Assembly (NCBI GenBank): GCA_964519785.1
Contig: CAZFKB010000001.1
Coordinates: 40,754-104,753 of the forward strand
Length of the DNA: 64,000 nucleotides
Direction of reading: 5' to 3'
Source of the DNA: an uncultured Candidatus Obscuribacterales bacterium
Lineage (GTDB): Bacteria > Cyanobacteriota > Vampirovibrionia > Obscuribacterales > Obscuribacteraceae
Positions 1 through 8,896 of the stretch are shown piece by piece (the stretch's first letter is position 1; each line of letters opens with the position of its first letter). The notes below the pieces were generated by a model, which saw only the letters and a list, made by a program, of their open reading frames with translations, was not told the origin of the DNA and did no database searches. Made by a program: the position numbers and the translations under genes.

Positions 1-1
1 G

Positions 2-1429
2 CTTGAAGATTTATCTAAAAGCATAGACATCGATCCAGACTACTGTGTTGCTCGCTACGAGCGGGCAGAGATAAATTTAAAACTAAAGCTGCCCGAAGCT
101 GCATTGCAAGATTTGAATACTGCCATTTCTAAAGGCAAGGCAATTCCTCAGTGGTATGCGCTTAGAGCGCTTGCGCAGGCGCGTCTTGGTGACTTCAATA
201 AAGCCGCTTTGGATTTGCAATCTGCTGATAGTCTTTATGAAATGTTGTCTGATGACGAAAAGCCATCTAACATTGAGTCGCAAGCATACGCAGGTCTAGC
301 TGAGGTCCTTCTGGGCAAGTCTTCGGATGCATCTAAGCGTCTGGACAAAGCTTTAAACCTGGCTGGCACTAATATTCATAACGTTTCGAAAGCTATGCTG
401 TTGTCAGCGCGCGCTCTGGCGAATGCACGTTTGAATAAAGGGTCTTTAGCTTCGGCTGACTCGAGTAACGCTAAAAGTTTGTCTAGCGAATGGGGAGACC
501 TGGCATCATTTCTTGGCTCTGGTTCGATTACCACTACAGCTGCAAGTTCAAGCAGCCAATCTTCTCAATCTTCTCAATCTTCTGGCGAGACCAATCGTCC
601 CATTCGTGATAAGTGGGCACTTGTAGTAGGAATTAGCGATTTCAAAGACGGAACTATTCCTAAACTTAAATATTCAGCAAAAGATGCCCGGGACTTTCGC
701 GAGTTTTTAATCAAGAGGGCAAACTTCCAGCCGGACCATGTGCGACTTTTAGTCAATCGTGACGCGACACGTATGCGTATCATGACTGAGCTTGGTGACA
801 AATTTTTACCACGTGTCGTTCAACCAGATGATTTAGTCGTGCTTTATTTTTCTTCGCACGGAAGTCCTTCCAATGCCGATTTTCGCGACAAAAATTATTT
901 CATTGCATACGATTCTGAAAAGTCGAACTTGTTTGCAAGTGGAATTGAATTGCAAGAATTGATGAAAGTAATTAAGAACAGAGTAGAAACCAATCGAGTA
1001 ATCGTAATCCTAGATGCATGTCATAGTGGCGCTGCTGATGCTAATGCCAAAGCTACCGAAGCTGTTGCAAATTTCGATGCCAGTGAATTAATTGGCGATG
1101 GACAGTTGGTAATTTGTTCAAGCGAAGCGGCTGAGCGGTCGTATGAATCAAAACGATATCAAAATGGTGTGTTTACTAAAGCCCTCATGGAGGGACTCTT
1201 TGCTAATGGTGCAAACACTAAATTGAAAGATGCTTTTGAAGTGCTGAAATATAAAGTCAATACAGAAGTGAAAGAGGACGACGGTCAGCGTCAAACTCCT
1301 GTTTTGAAAAGTCAGTGGAATGGCGATGACGTTTCACTTGCTTTACCTCCATCCAAACCGCGCCCACTTCCCGCAGCGGTCAAACAGCTTCTTGCGCCCG
1401 ACAGCGTAACAGTGGCGCCTAAAAAATAA
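2..1429 (+). CDS. TPR-repeat / caspase-like (peptidase C14) protein, 5' end outside the window
   Basis: Frame 2 is open from nt 2, with no stop before the listed ATG at 104, so the gene probably starts upstream. It has N-terminal TPR-like repeats and an S/Q-rich linker. Caspase signatures follow: YFSSHGS (His codon 857-859) and ILDACHSGA (Cys codon 1019-1021). Confidence 0.8.
   Translation, partial: LEDLSKSIDIDPDYCVARYERAEINLKLKLPEAALQDLNTAISKGKAIPQWYALRALAQARLGDFNKAALDLQSADSLYEMLSDDEKPSNIESQAYAGLAEVLLGKSSDASKRLDKALNLAGTNIHNVSKAMLLSARALANARLNKGSLASADSSNAKSLSSEWGDLASFLGSGSITTTAASSSSQSSQSSQSSGETNRPIRDKWALVVGISDFKDGTIPKLKYSAKDARDFREFLIKRANFQPDHVRLLVNRDATRMRIMTELGDKFLPRVVQPDDLVVLYFSSHGSPSNADFRDKNYFIAYDSEKSNLFASGIELQELMKVIKNRVETNRVIVILDACHSGAADANAKATEAVANFDASELIGDGQLVICSSEAAERSYESKRYQNGVFTKALMEGLFANGANTKLKDAFEVLKYKVNTEVKEDDGQRQTPVLKSQWNGDDVSLALPPSKPRPLPAAVKQLLAPDSVTVAPKK
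557..583 (+). repeat. Perfect 3 x 9-nt tandem repeat (CAATCTTCT) inside the caspase linker
   Basis: Direct reading gives caatcttct at 557-565, 566-574 and 575-583. It encodes the (SQS)3 stretch of the linker and is in frame. Confidence 0.9.
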
Positions 1430-1716
1430 CGCCATCCAGGCTTTCGTCGAGCTTTTCCAAATCCAGCAATTGGTGCCATGGAAGGGTCGATGTAGTGTTC
1501 ACCAAGTTTAATTTTGTTTTGGTAGTAAGCTGGATTGCGGATTAGTTCCAAATCTCGTATGTCGCACCATTTGTAGTCCTTTCTGTGGATAGTTAGTTTG
1601 TCTAGTTTGCTTGCATCGTGACGCGTAGTCGAATCGTGACGAGCGGCGCAGTCAAATTCACAAGTCAAAAATAGACTCGTTGCAATGGTTGCGGCAATTG
1701 GAATTCCATATTTCAA
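1312..1716 (-). CDS. Small secreted/lipoprotein-like protein, paralogue A
   Basis: The signal peptide MKYGIPIAATIATSLFLTC is nearly identical to that of the next gene, and 31 nt of DNA are identical (caagtcaaaaatagactcgttgcaatggttg). The C-terminal 118 nt overlap the convergent caspase gene, so the true 3' end is uncertain. Confidence 0.5.
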   Translation of the reverse strand: MKYGIPIAATIATSLFLTCEFDCAARHDSTTRHDASKLDKLTIHRKDYKWCDIRDLELIRNPAYYQNKIKLGEHYIDPSMAPIAGFGKARRKPGWRYFLGATVTLSGARSCLTAAGSGRGLDGGKASETSSPFH

Positions 1717-1868
1717 CGAGCAGCCTTCGGGCTCTACTTTGATAGGCGGATAGATTGTTTATATGCCCTGCTTAGTGAGTTAATAAAAGTGCCTTTTGAA
1801 AGCCTTGCCAAATAAGGGTTTCGAGAGGCGGAAATAATAACGCACTAAGCGACAAAGAGTGCATTACA

Positions 1869-2195
1869 CTACCTCTTATGCATAAGATTTGGTTCTTTTA
1901 GGGACGGATCTAAAAAGATTTCCAGTAATGAGTGTGAGCTTTCAAATGATGTTGATGTTTGATCATATATTTCTTTCCCATTGACCTTGTGTCCAATCAA
2001 TTTTGATAACCGTTTGGATTTATATTCGTCACTGTATTTTGGATCATCCAATGCAGAAAAACTAATGTCTTTTACACACTTACCTCCAAAGGTACTTTCA
2101 GAAGCTGAATAGTGTTTATCTGCAAACGACACTTGAGCGCAAGTCAAAAATAGACTCGTTGCAATGGTTGAAGCAATAAAAATTTGAAATTTCAA
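1869..2195 (-). CDS. Small secreted/lipoprotein-like protein, paralogue B
   Basis: The signal peptide is MKFQIFIASTIATSLFLTC with a lipobox-like FLTC. It shares the C-terminal motif (L)DPS with paralogue A. Confidence 0.6.
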   Translation of the reverse strand: MKFQIFIASTIATSLFLTCAQVSFADKHYSASESTFGGKCVKDISFSALDDPKYSDEYKSKRLSKLIGHKVNGKEIYDQTSTSFESSHSLLEIFLDPSLKEPNLMHKR

Positions 2196-2306
2196 AGACT
2201 GTCATAAGGAGAAGGAGTGATTCAACCTTGCCATACATTGTGGCACCAGACAAGTTGCCATAATACATTTTCTTGCGCTACGGTTTGCTCAGTGAAGGTA
2301 GAATCG

Positions 2307-2455
2307 ATTTAACGGATCCCGTGACACGTGACGCGTGAAGCGTGACACGTGACACGTGACGAGTGACATGGGACACAGGACACAGGACACAGGGACACAG
2401 GACGGGTGGCAAGGGACGAGTGACATGAGTGAGAGGCGAGTTTCGCGTGACTCGT
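2307..2455 (-). repeat. Heptamer-periodic intergenic repeat, copy 1 (about 16 units, reverse orientation)
   Basis: ATTTAACGGATCC is followed by CGTGACA/CGTGACG/CGTGAAG units from 2320. These grade into CAGGACA units at 2376-2404 and then degenerate. The first 26 nt are the exact reverse complement of the cores at 35246-35271 and 61571-61596. Confidence 0.9.
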
Positions 2456-2501
2456 ACGACAGAATCCAATTTCGGTTTATTGATGATTCGCTTTTATGTT
2501 T

Positions 2502-2951
2502 TTAGTTGGCGCTAGTTACTGCGCTATTGACTGCGTTACCAGCCGAAGTAATGTTAGCGGCTTCGTTGGCACGAGGAGCACTATTCGTAGTGTCGAAGGT
2601 GACGCTTACAACTTCATGAGGAGCTGAGACTAAATCTTTGATACGAGAGTGAATGAAAGTAGCGCGTTCTTTGTCGCCGCGTTTTTCATAAATACGAGTA
2701 AGACTCAGCATTAAGGAGCAAACAGTTACACTATTACTTCCGTACAGTTTGTCTGCGATACATATAGCTTGAGTGAACAAAACTTCAGCACGGTCGAGAT
2801 TGCCTTCGTCCAAAGCCTTTTCGGCGGACGATGTTGTGTCGAGCAATTTTTGACGTTCGAACATGCACTGAACCTGTATAAAGCACGTGACCGTCAAATT
2901 ATCCTCAATTTGCGCAGGCGAGCGGGTGGAAAAAACGTAGTCAAATGGCAA
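2502..2951 (-). CDS. Hypothetical protein with TPR-like helical repeat
   Basis: This is the only long ORF in the interval. The segment LDEGNLDRAEVLFTQAICIADKLYG...LTRIYEKRGDKERA resembles TPR_12-type repeats. Confidence 0.55.
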   Translation of the reverse strand: MPFDYVFSTRSPAQIEDNLTVTCFIQVQCMFERQKLLDTTSSAEKALDEGNLDRAEVLFTQAICIADKLYGSNSVTVCSLMLSLTRIYEKRGDKERATFIHSRIKDLVSAPHEVVSVTFDTTNSAPRANEAANITSAGNAVNSAVTSAN

Positions 2952-3059
2952 AATTTAATATAGTCCAAGTTAATCTTTAAGCTCTTGCCAAGTTGCTTCA
3001 AAGCTTTTAATTCTCTAAAATACCGATCTACTTAGCTAAAAGAGATCGCATTAACAATT

Positions 3060-3272
3060 ATGCAAAAAATAATCGTCGCTTCATTTGCAAGTTCTATTTT
3101 TAGTCTTGTCCTGAATGTACAACCTGGACTAACGCACGAAGGAACAGCTGGAGACCATCTAATGCTGGGACTGGGCGTTGGTGAGGCTGTGGGTCTTGTT
3201 GTGGGGCTTGTGGTAGGCGCTTTGTCGGTTCTTGCCTTGGCTAAATACAGGAATTCCAAGTCTGGAAAATGA
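3060..3272 (+). CDS. Small membrane protein (signal/TM plus Gly-zipper TM)
   Basis: It has a hydrophobic N-terminus and a GLGVGEAVGLVVGLVVGAL helix. Its TGA stop overlaps the ATG of the next gene (ATGA), which suggests translational coupling. It is preferred over the antisense ORF at 3032-3283. Confidence 0.5.
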   Translation: MQKIIVASFASSIFSLVLNVQPGLTHEGTAGDHLMLGLGVGEAVGLVVGLVVGALSVLALAKYRNSKSGK

Positions 3273-4135
3273 CATCCGACCATGACAAATTCATGAAGGG
3301 TGTCGGGCTCTATGAAGAAGCCAATCGGCGACGCGATAATCTTGAATTTGATTTTGCATTTAGCCTATACGAGCGTGCTCAAGAGCTTTTAGACAGCAAA
3401 CTTGATACTACTGTTTTTTATGATATGGCTCTAGCAGCCAATTTAAGTGGTGATTTTGAAATTGCAGGTGTATTCTTTGAAAAAAGTCGTTCAAGTCTTG
3501 AGGAAATCAAAGTCCAAAATCCAAATGACTCGCGAATTCAAAATCTGCAACCATTGATTGATAGTCTGGCTCATCAAATGGAAATTCAGAAAATGGTAGA
3601 CAACAGCGCAACCGACTATGCAGCTCAGGTGACGCACAGAATCTGGAGACAAGATAAGTATCCACTTACTATCTGGATTGCTAACAAGGCTAATCATGCA
3701 GATGGATTCGATAGTGGGATATGCGATTTGATTTACGACGCGTTCAAAAAATGGGTTGCAAGCTGTCACTGGTTTCAAATTGCAAGAGCAAACAGTTCGG
3801 ACCAAAACATTGCAAAGATTGTAATCAAACAAGCCAGTCCTGGAGATCTTCCAAATGGTTCAGGTGGAAAGACCAATTTCACTCCGGAGAACGTTTCTAT
3901 TTCCATTGACCTGGAGCGAGTTGACATTAGGCTTTATATTCCAAGCTCTGACCTGAGTTCGCTTAATTCACAGCAGAAAAAAACTTTTCAATCGCTCATA
4001 ATGCATGAAGCAGGGCACGCTCTGGGAATTGATGGACATTCGCCATTTCCCGACGATTTGATGTGGTGGAAATCACCTCTACTCGAAATTTCTAGTCGGG
4101 ATGTAGAAACGATGAAGGTCATCTATGGACAATAA
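3269..4135 (+). CDS. Zinc metalloprotease, metzincin-like, with N-terminal TPR-like region
   Basis: It carries the extended zinc motif HEAGHALGIDGH (HExxHxxGxxH), as in matrixin/M10-type metzincins. Confidence 0.8.
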   Translation: MTSDHDKFMKGVGLYEEANRRRDNLEFDFAFSLYERAQELLDSKLDTTVFYDMALAANLSGDFEIAGVFFEKSRSSLEEIKVQNPNDSRIQNLQPLIDSLAHQMEIQKMVDNSATDYAAQVTHRIWRQDKYPLTIWIANKANHADGFDSGICDLIYDAFKKWVASCHWFQIARANSSDQNIAKIVIKQASPGDLPNGSGGKTNFTPENVSISIDLERVDIRLYIPSSDLSSLNSQQKKTFQSLIMHEAGHALGIDGHSPFPDDLMWWKSPLLEISSRDVETMKVIYGQ

Positions 4136-4147
4136 GCAGGAGAATGT

Positions 4148-4525
4148 ATGACTGGCAGTATGCTCATTATTGATGATGACCCGCGTATCAGAGAAATACT
4201 CGAAATGTCGCTTGAAGGCGAATGGATGACTATGACTGCAAGTACGGGCGAAGAGGCCTTGCGCGCGCTTGAAAATATGATACCAGATGTAATTTTGAGT
4301 GATCGTACACTTCCCGATATCGATGGAACCGAGTTAATACACAAGATCCGGGAAAATCCTAGTTTGAAAAGTGTACCTGTAATTCTGCTCACTGCACGTG
4401 TGCAAGCCCAAGAGTTGGAGGCATATTCGAAGCAAGATTTTGCGGGTGTTCTTTCAAAACCGTTTGATCCTATGACGTTGTCTGATGAAATTAGTCAGAT
4501 ACTTTCGGGTAAGTCTCCAGAGTAA
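4148..4525 (+). CDS. Single-domain response regulator (REC only)
   Basis: CheY-like pattern: LIIDDD..., DVILSD..LPDIDG, PVILLTA, SKPF. AGGAG lies 5 nt upstream of the ATG. Confidence 0.9.
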   Translation: MTGSMLIIDDDPRIREILEMSLEGEWMTMTASTGEEALRALENMIPDVILSDRTLPDIDGTELIHKIRENPSLKSVPVILLTARVQAQELEAYSKQDFAGVLSKPFDPMTLSDEISQILSGKSPE

Positions 4526-6808
4526 ATGAAACGCAAAGACAATGTCTCACGTTATCTAATTGCCGGATCTACACTGGCTTTTTTTGCCATCATCGTCGGG
4601 ATGACATGGACGACGCAGGAGCATATGGCGTATCAACTAAATTTGAGGCACTGGGTTGTGCATACTCAGGAAGTTCTGGTGTCGATAGGCCGGCTCGAAA
4701 ACTCGATTAAAGATGTTCAAATTTACGAGCAAATTTATGGATTAACCAGAGAGCCAGAGTATTACGATGCTTATAAAGAATCCCGTCAGAAGCTGATAGA
4801 GACGCTTACTACTTCAATAGATCTGATTGACGACAATCAGTCTCAGGTAGTACGTCTGGAAGATTTAAAAGACAAAGTCCAAAATCGGCTCAAGTTTTTG
4901 GACGAGCATATTGAGCAAATTCGCGCTGGGCGAGCCTATCTGGTAACTCAAGAAGATTTCAATCGTTTGGGACAAACTGGATTACGAATACGATCAGTGC
5001 TCAAAGGGATCGAGCAAGAAGAACTCGAGCTTTTCAAAAAGCGCACCGATGAGCTTGATGCCGCCACTCGTGAGTCATTTCTGCGCATGCAAATCATTTC
5101 TTTTGTAGCGTTTATTGTATTTTGCGTTGCTGTCTTGGCACTATATGCGGTGAATAGAAAACATTCACGACAGACGTTGAGTCGCGAAGTGGCTTATCAA
5201 ATAGTTTCACTCCTTGCAAGCCGAACGTCATTAAATCAAGCTGTACCAGAGGCTTTTAAAATTATATGTGAGAATTTGGGCTGGCATACCGCAGGGCTTT
5301 GGCGTCCTACACCGGATGGTCAGAAATTGGAATGTCACAGTTTTTTCTCTAATCAGCCAGTGCCTAATTTTGCTAAAGCTACATCTGGTCAGGTTGAGCA
5401 ATCGGACAAAACATTGCTTGGAAAAGTTTGGGCTACTGCCGAACCTGCCTGGATCGATTTTGATGTTCACAACGAAAGATTTCATCGCGAGAATGACGGA
5501 ATAAAAGATGGTTTGAAAAGCGGATTTATGCTGCCTGTGTTTATTCAAGAAAAATTCATTGGAGTTTTCGAATTCTTTTCTAAAAATAAAATCAAAGAGG
5601 ATGCTAACGAAGAATGGCTTCTCAAAGTTATTTGCAGCGATATGGCTCAAGAGTTCGAACGCAAAAGGGTGGAAGAGGGGTTGCAGGAAGCTTTGAGTGA
5701 ACTTGCGCGCTTTCATCGTTTTCTTGATTCTGTGCTGCAAAACATGGGGTCGGGTGTAATTGTGGCCGACCGAATGGGAAACTTTCTGTTGTTCAATGAA
5801 GCTGCACAGCATATTTTGGGTTACAGGTTGGTTGGTGAAAAAGTCGATTGGACCAAAGCTGCTGGAGTGTTTGAAGAAGATACTGTTACTTTGCTAAAGG
5901 CAGAGCGTATGCCACTTGCACGCGCTATTTTGGGCGAATCGGTAGATAATTTCATCATCTTTTGCAAAAACGATAATATTCCAAATGGCGTTTGGATCAG
6001 TGTCAACGGTCGTCCAATCTTAAATGATAACGGCGAAATTTATGGCGGCGTGGTTGTTTTCGAAGACGTCACTTTGCGCAAAGAAGAAGAGCGTCGAACT
6101 CTTGAGCTTTACTCGATGGTATCTCACGAGCTGCGAACGCCGCTCACTTCTATTCGAGGGGCTCTTGGTCTGCTTGAAGGCGGAAAAGCCGGCGAGTTGA
6201 GCGATAGGGGCAAACGTCTAGTCACAATGGGGCGCAAAGAGTGCGACCGATTAGTACGCTTGATTAACGACATTCTGGATGTTCAAAAATTTGATGCCGG
6301 ACGCTTACAACTTAAACCGGTTGAAATACAGCCGTTATCGCTAGTTGAGCGCGCGACTGAAAATTTGCGAGCATTGGCGGATGAAAAACATGTCGATTTG
6401 CAGGTGATTTCCAGAATAGATGCAGGAAAGAAAATTACCGCGGATAAAGACCGTTTTCTACAGATTGTGACCAATTTGATTTCAAATGCAATTAAGTTTG
6501 CCCCCCAAAATACAAAGATCAAAATCACTTGCAATGACGATATGGAGTTGAATCAAATACTCGTCACTGTGCAGGATGAAGGACCTGGAATAAGCCCTGA
6601 GAATCAAGCCAAACTGTTCAGATCTTTCGAGCAGGTCGGACCTCAGGCAAACACCCCACAGGAAGGGACCGGGCTGGGACTGGCTATTTCTAAAGCGCTT
6701 GTTCAATTGCACGAAGGTAAGATTGGAGTCGATAGTAAAGAAGGCGAAGGCGCAACTTTCTGGTTTACGATTCCCTATCGTGACAGTAAGTCTTTTAACC
6801 AGGCTTAG
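4526..6808 (+). CDS. Sensor histidine kinase (CHASE3-like, TM, GAF, PAS, HisKA, HATPase_c)
   Basis: H-box SHELRTPLTSI; N/G boxes NLISNAIKF, DEGPGI and GTGLGLAI. A CHASE3-like segment lies between two TM helices. The ATG directly abuts the stop of the REC gene. Confidence 0.9.
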   Translation: MKRKDNVSRYLIAGSTLAFFAIIVGMTWTTQEHMAYQLNLRHWVVHTQEVLVSIGRLENSIKDVQIYEQIYGLTREPEYYDAYKESRQKLIETLTTSIDLIDDNQSQVVRLEDLKDKVQNRLKFLDEHIEQIRAGRAYLVTQEDFNRLGQTGLRIRSVLKGIEQEELELFKKRTDELDAATRESFLRMQIISFVAFIVFCVAVLALYAVNRKHSRQTLSREVAYQIVSLLASRTSLNQAVPEAFKIICENLGWHTAGLWRPTPDGQKLECHSFFSNQPVPNFAKATSGQVEQSDKTLLGKVWATAEPAWIDFDVHNERFHRENDGIKDGLKSGFMLPVFIQEKFIGVFEFFSKNKIKEDANEEWLLKVICSDMAQEFERKRVEEGLQEALSELARFHRFLDSVLQNMGSGVIVADRMGNFLLFNEAAQHILGYRLVGEKVDWTKAAGVFEEDTVTLLKAERMPLARAILGESVDNFIIFCKNDNIPNGVWISVNGRPILNDNGEIYGGVVVFEDVTLRKEEERRTLELYSMVSHELRTPLTSIRGALGLLEGGKAGELSDRGKRLVTMGRKECDRLVRLINDILDVQKFDAGRLQLKPVEIQPLSLVERATENLRALADEKHVDLQVISRIDAGKKITADKDRFLQIVTNLISNAIKFAPQNTKIKITCNDDMELNQILVTVQDEGPGISPENQAKLFRSFEQVGPQANTPQEGTGLGLAISKALVQLHEGKIGVDSKEGEGATFWFTIPYRDSKSFNQA

Positions 6809-8871
6809 TTTGCCAGTGCCACACCAATCTTGTTGCTTCGAGCATTTATCATGCTTCTGTAAGATGCTTGAATTAAAACTTCGGCAGTGTCAGTACTATT
6901 TTTGTTTTGGGCAACACCAGCGCTGAATGATGTTTTAAATTCGCCATCAGGGCCGCCAAAACCAATTTGTGAATAGCCTTCTTGAGCAATTCGAAGTGCG
7001 CTTGAAACAGTTTCAGCATCAATTCCGGCTAGTGCGATGATGCAACCCTGGTCGCTATATCTGCAAATTAGATCTTCGCCTCGCAAGCCAAGGCTTATTA
7101 GCCGAGCCAATTGAAGGGAAGCGTGTTTGGCTGCTTGCATACCATGCATTAGACTCAATTCGTCAAAATTATCGACGCCAATTGAAGCCACGCATACAAT
7201 TCTTTCTTTGTTTTTTTCGAACATCGAAGTGTATTGATGCATAAATGCTTCCATCGATAAAAGTCCGGAAACTGGTTCTATTCCGTATGCCTTTTGGCGG
7301 CGAGCGGAGCTTTTGATATGAGTGGAAACTCGTGTAATTAGTTCCTCGGCTACTATTGGTTTTGTCAGAAAATCAGTGGCTCCGGCTGCAAATGCTGCGG
7401 CTCGCGCATCTGCACTGGTTTGCGAAGTGACAAACAAAATTGGAATATCAATCCATTCGGGATTTTCGCGAATCATGCGACAAACCTCGTACCCGGTCAT
7501 GATTGGCATTATGACGTCCATCAAAATTAAATCAGGACGAAACTCTGCCACCATATCCGGTACTGTTATAGGACTGTTGGCCGTTTGGGTAAACATTCGC
7601 TCTGTTTGCAGGACCCCTGAGACGAAGCGGGTCAGCACATCGTCGTCATCGACTACCAGAATGCGTGGTTGATTTTCAAAGCCAATAGACAAGAGTTCAA
7701 AAACTGCGTCTTGCAAAACAGTTCCAAGCACGGGGCGATTAATCACTACAGAAGCGCCACAAAGTATTCTCGCTTCATTAGCCATAGATTCTCCCTCCGG
7801 CATTATGAATGCAAGTGGCAAGCGCACATTTTTAGCATGATTTCTGATTTCACGGGCCCAAGCCCAAGGCTCTTTCTCTGATTTGGATAAATCGATTACT
7901 GCCGCATCGATTCTTGCGTTTAAATAGCCAGGATTTTGAGAGATCAAGACATTTGCCATTGACTCAATATCTGGTGCTTGCATCAATGTTTGCACTTCAG
8001 GAGCACTACTCACTAATAGTACGTTTGCTATCGCACCGCTAGTAATTTCTTGCGAGGCATTGTGAGTAAGCAGTGCAGACTGCACTGCACTTGTTCCATC
8101 GGCTAATTTGCGAATGACCTCTGACCAGATAACTTCTTGATCGGTCGATTTGTCTGGGTCTAAGTTGCGCATCAGGTCTTCAAGCTTTCCTGCGCATTTG
8201 CCTATTTCGGTCAGGTTTAATGAGCCTGCAGTTCCTCGTATCGTGTGGGCGATACGCATGGCTTCGCTCAGCGACTGCATGTTATCTGTATTGTTATTGA
8301 ATTCATTTATTAGGCGGACCAGATCTTTCCAAATTTCGTCGAGCTCGTTTAGATATTCGGCAGTAGCTTCTTTGAGTAAATTGGCAAGGTCGTCTTTAGA
8401 TTGGGCAAAAGTCGTTTTCTGTCCTTGAAGGCTTTGACGCTTTTGTTGCATGGTGTTCCAGGGAATTTCTTCTTGATGATCTACTTTCTGGTAATCGGGC
8501 AAGAGGTCTTCTATTTGCTGAACGAAAGTTGCTGGAATAATAGGTTTTTGCAAAATTAGCGAAACGCCAAGAACATTTCGCAATTTGTTGAATAGTGCAA
8601 CATCGGCTCTTTGTCCTGAGCAAAAAACTATAGGTATATTGCCACCGGCTTCGCGTAGGTTGGTTATCCAGGACATTCCGTCGGTTTTAGGAAGTCTGTA
8701 ATCGACAATAGCAAGAGCTGCTTCTTTGGTGGATAAAATTCGGTTGGCTTCTTCAGGATTGGCTGCTTCGATTGTGCGATAGCCCTTGCGTTTCAATAAA
8801 TTTGAAACAAGGTTACGGAAATAACTATCGTCATCAAGGACTAAAATCGCCTTGGATTGGTGATTATTCAC
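6805..8871 (-). CDS. Multidomain regulator: REC, Hpt, REC-like, REC, degenerate GGDEF
   Basis: N-terminal REC (LVLDDD...IVDYRLP). Hpt motif AHTIRGTAGS. Second true REC (LVVDDDD...LILMDVIMP...TKP). The C-terminal GGDEF fold carries SDQGC in place of GG(D/E)EF, preceded by RGED at the I-site spacing. Confidence 0.85.
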   Translation of the reverse strand: MNNHQSKAILVLDDDSYFRNLVSNLLKRKGYRTIEAANPEEANRILSTKEAALAIVDYRLPKTDGMSWITNLREAGGNIPIVFCSGQRADVALFNKLRNVLGVSLILQKPIIPATFVQQIEDLLPDYQKVDHQEEIPWNTMQQKRQSLQGQKTTFAQSKDDLANLLKEATAEYLNELDEIWKDLVRLINEFNNNTDNMQSLSEAMRIAHTIRGTAGSLNLTEIGKCAGKLEDLMRNLDPDKSTDQEVIWSEVIRKLADGTSAVQSALLTHNASQEITSGAIANVLLVSSAPEVQTLMQAPDIESMANVLISQNPGYLNARIDAAVIDLSKSEKEPWAWAREIRNHAKNVRLPLAFIMPEGESMANEARILCGASVVINRPVLGTVLQDAVFELLSIGFENQPRILVVDDDDVLTRFVSGVLQTERMFTQTANSPITVPDMVAEFRPDLILMDVIMPIMTGYEVCRMIRENPEWIDIPILFVTSQTSADARAAAFAAGATDFLTKPIVAEELITRVSTHIKSSARRQKAYGIEPVSGLLSMEAFMHQYTSMFEKNKERIVCVASIGVDNFDELSLMHGMQAAKHASLQLARLISLGLRGEDLICRYSDQGCIIALAGIDAETVSSALRIAQEGYSQIGFGGPDGEFKTSFSAGVAQNKNSTDTAEVLIQASYRSMINARSNKIGVALAN

Positions 8872-8896
8872 AATGTCTCCTAAGTTCGTTCACTTC

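Noticed and set aside
2307-2455. Possible CRISPR array
   Set aside because: The period is 7 nt with no unique spacers, and no cas genes are in the window. It is a short tandem repeat, not a CRISPR array.
2278-2469. 63-aa ORF on the minus strand (…VTRHVSRVTLHASRVTG…)
   Set aside because: It is entirely a translation of the heptamer repeat array. It has low-complexity periodic sequence and no start context, so I treat it as non-coding repeat.
3032-3283. 83-aa ORF antisense to the small membrane protein gene
   Set aside because: It has a Pro/Thr/Ser-rich mirror-image composition. The plus-strand ORF has a signal/TM pattern and an ATGA coupling to the downstream metzincin gene.
5231-5812. 193-aa antisense ORF inside the histidine kinase gene
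   Set aside because: It is fully embedded in a gene with unambiguous GAF/PAS/HisKA motifs on the other strand. I see no recognisable motifs in it.
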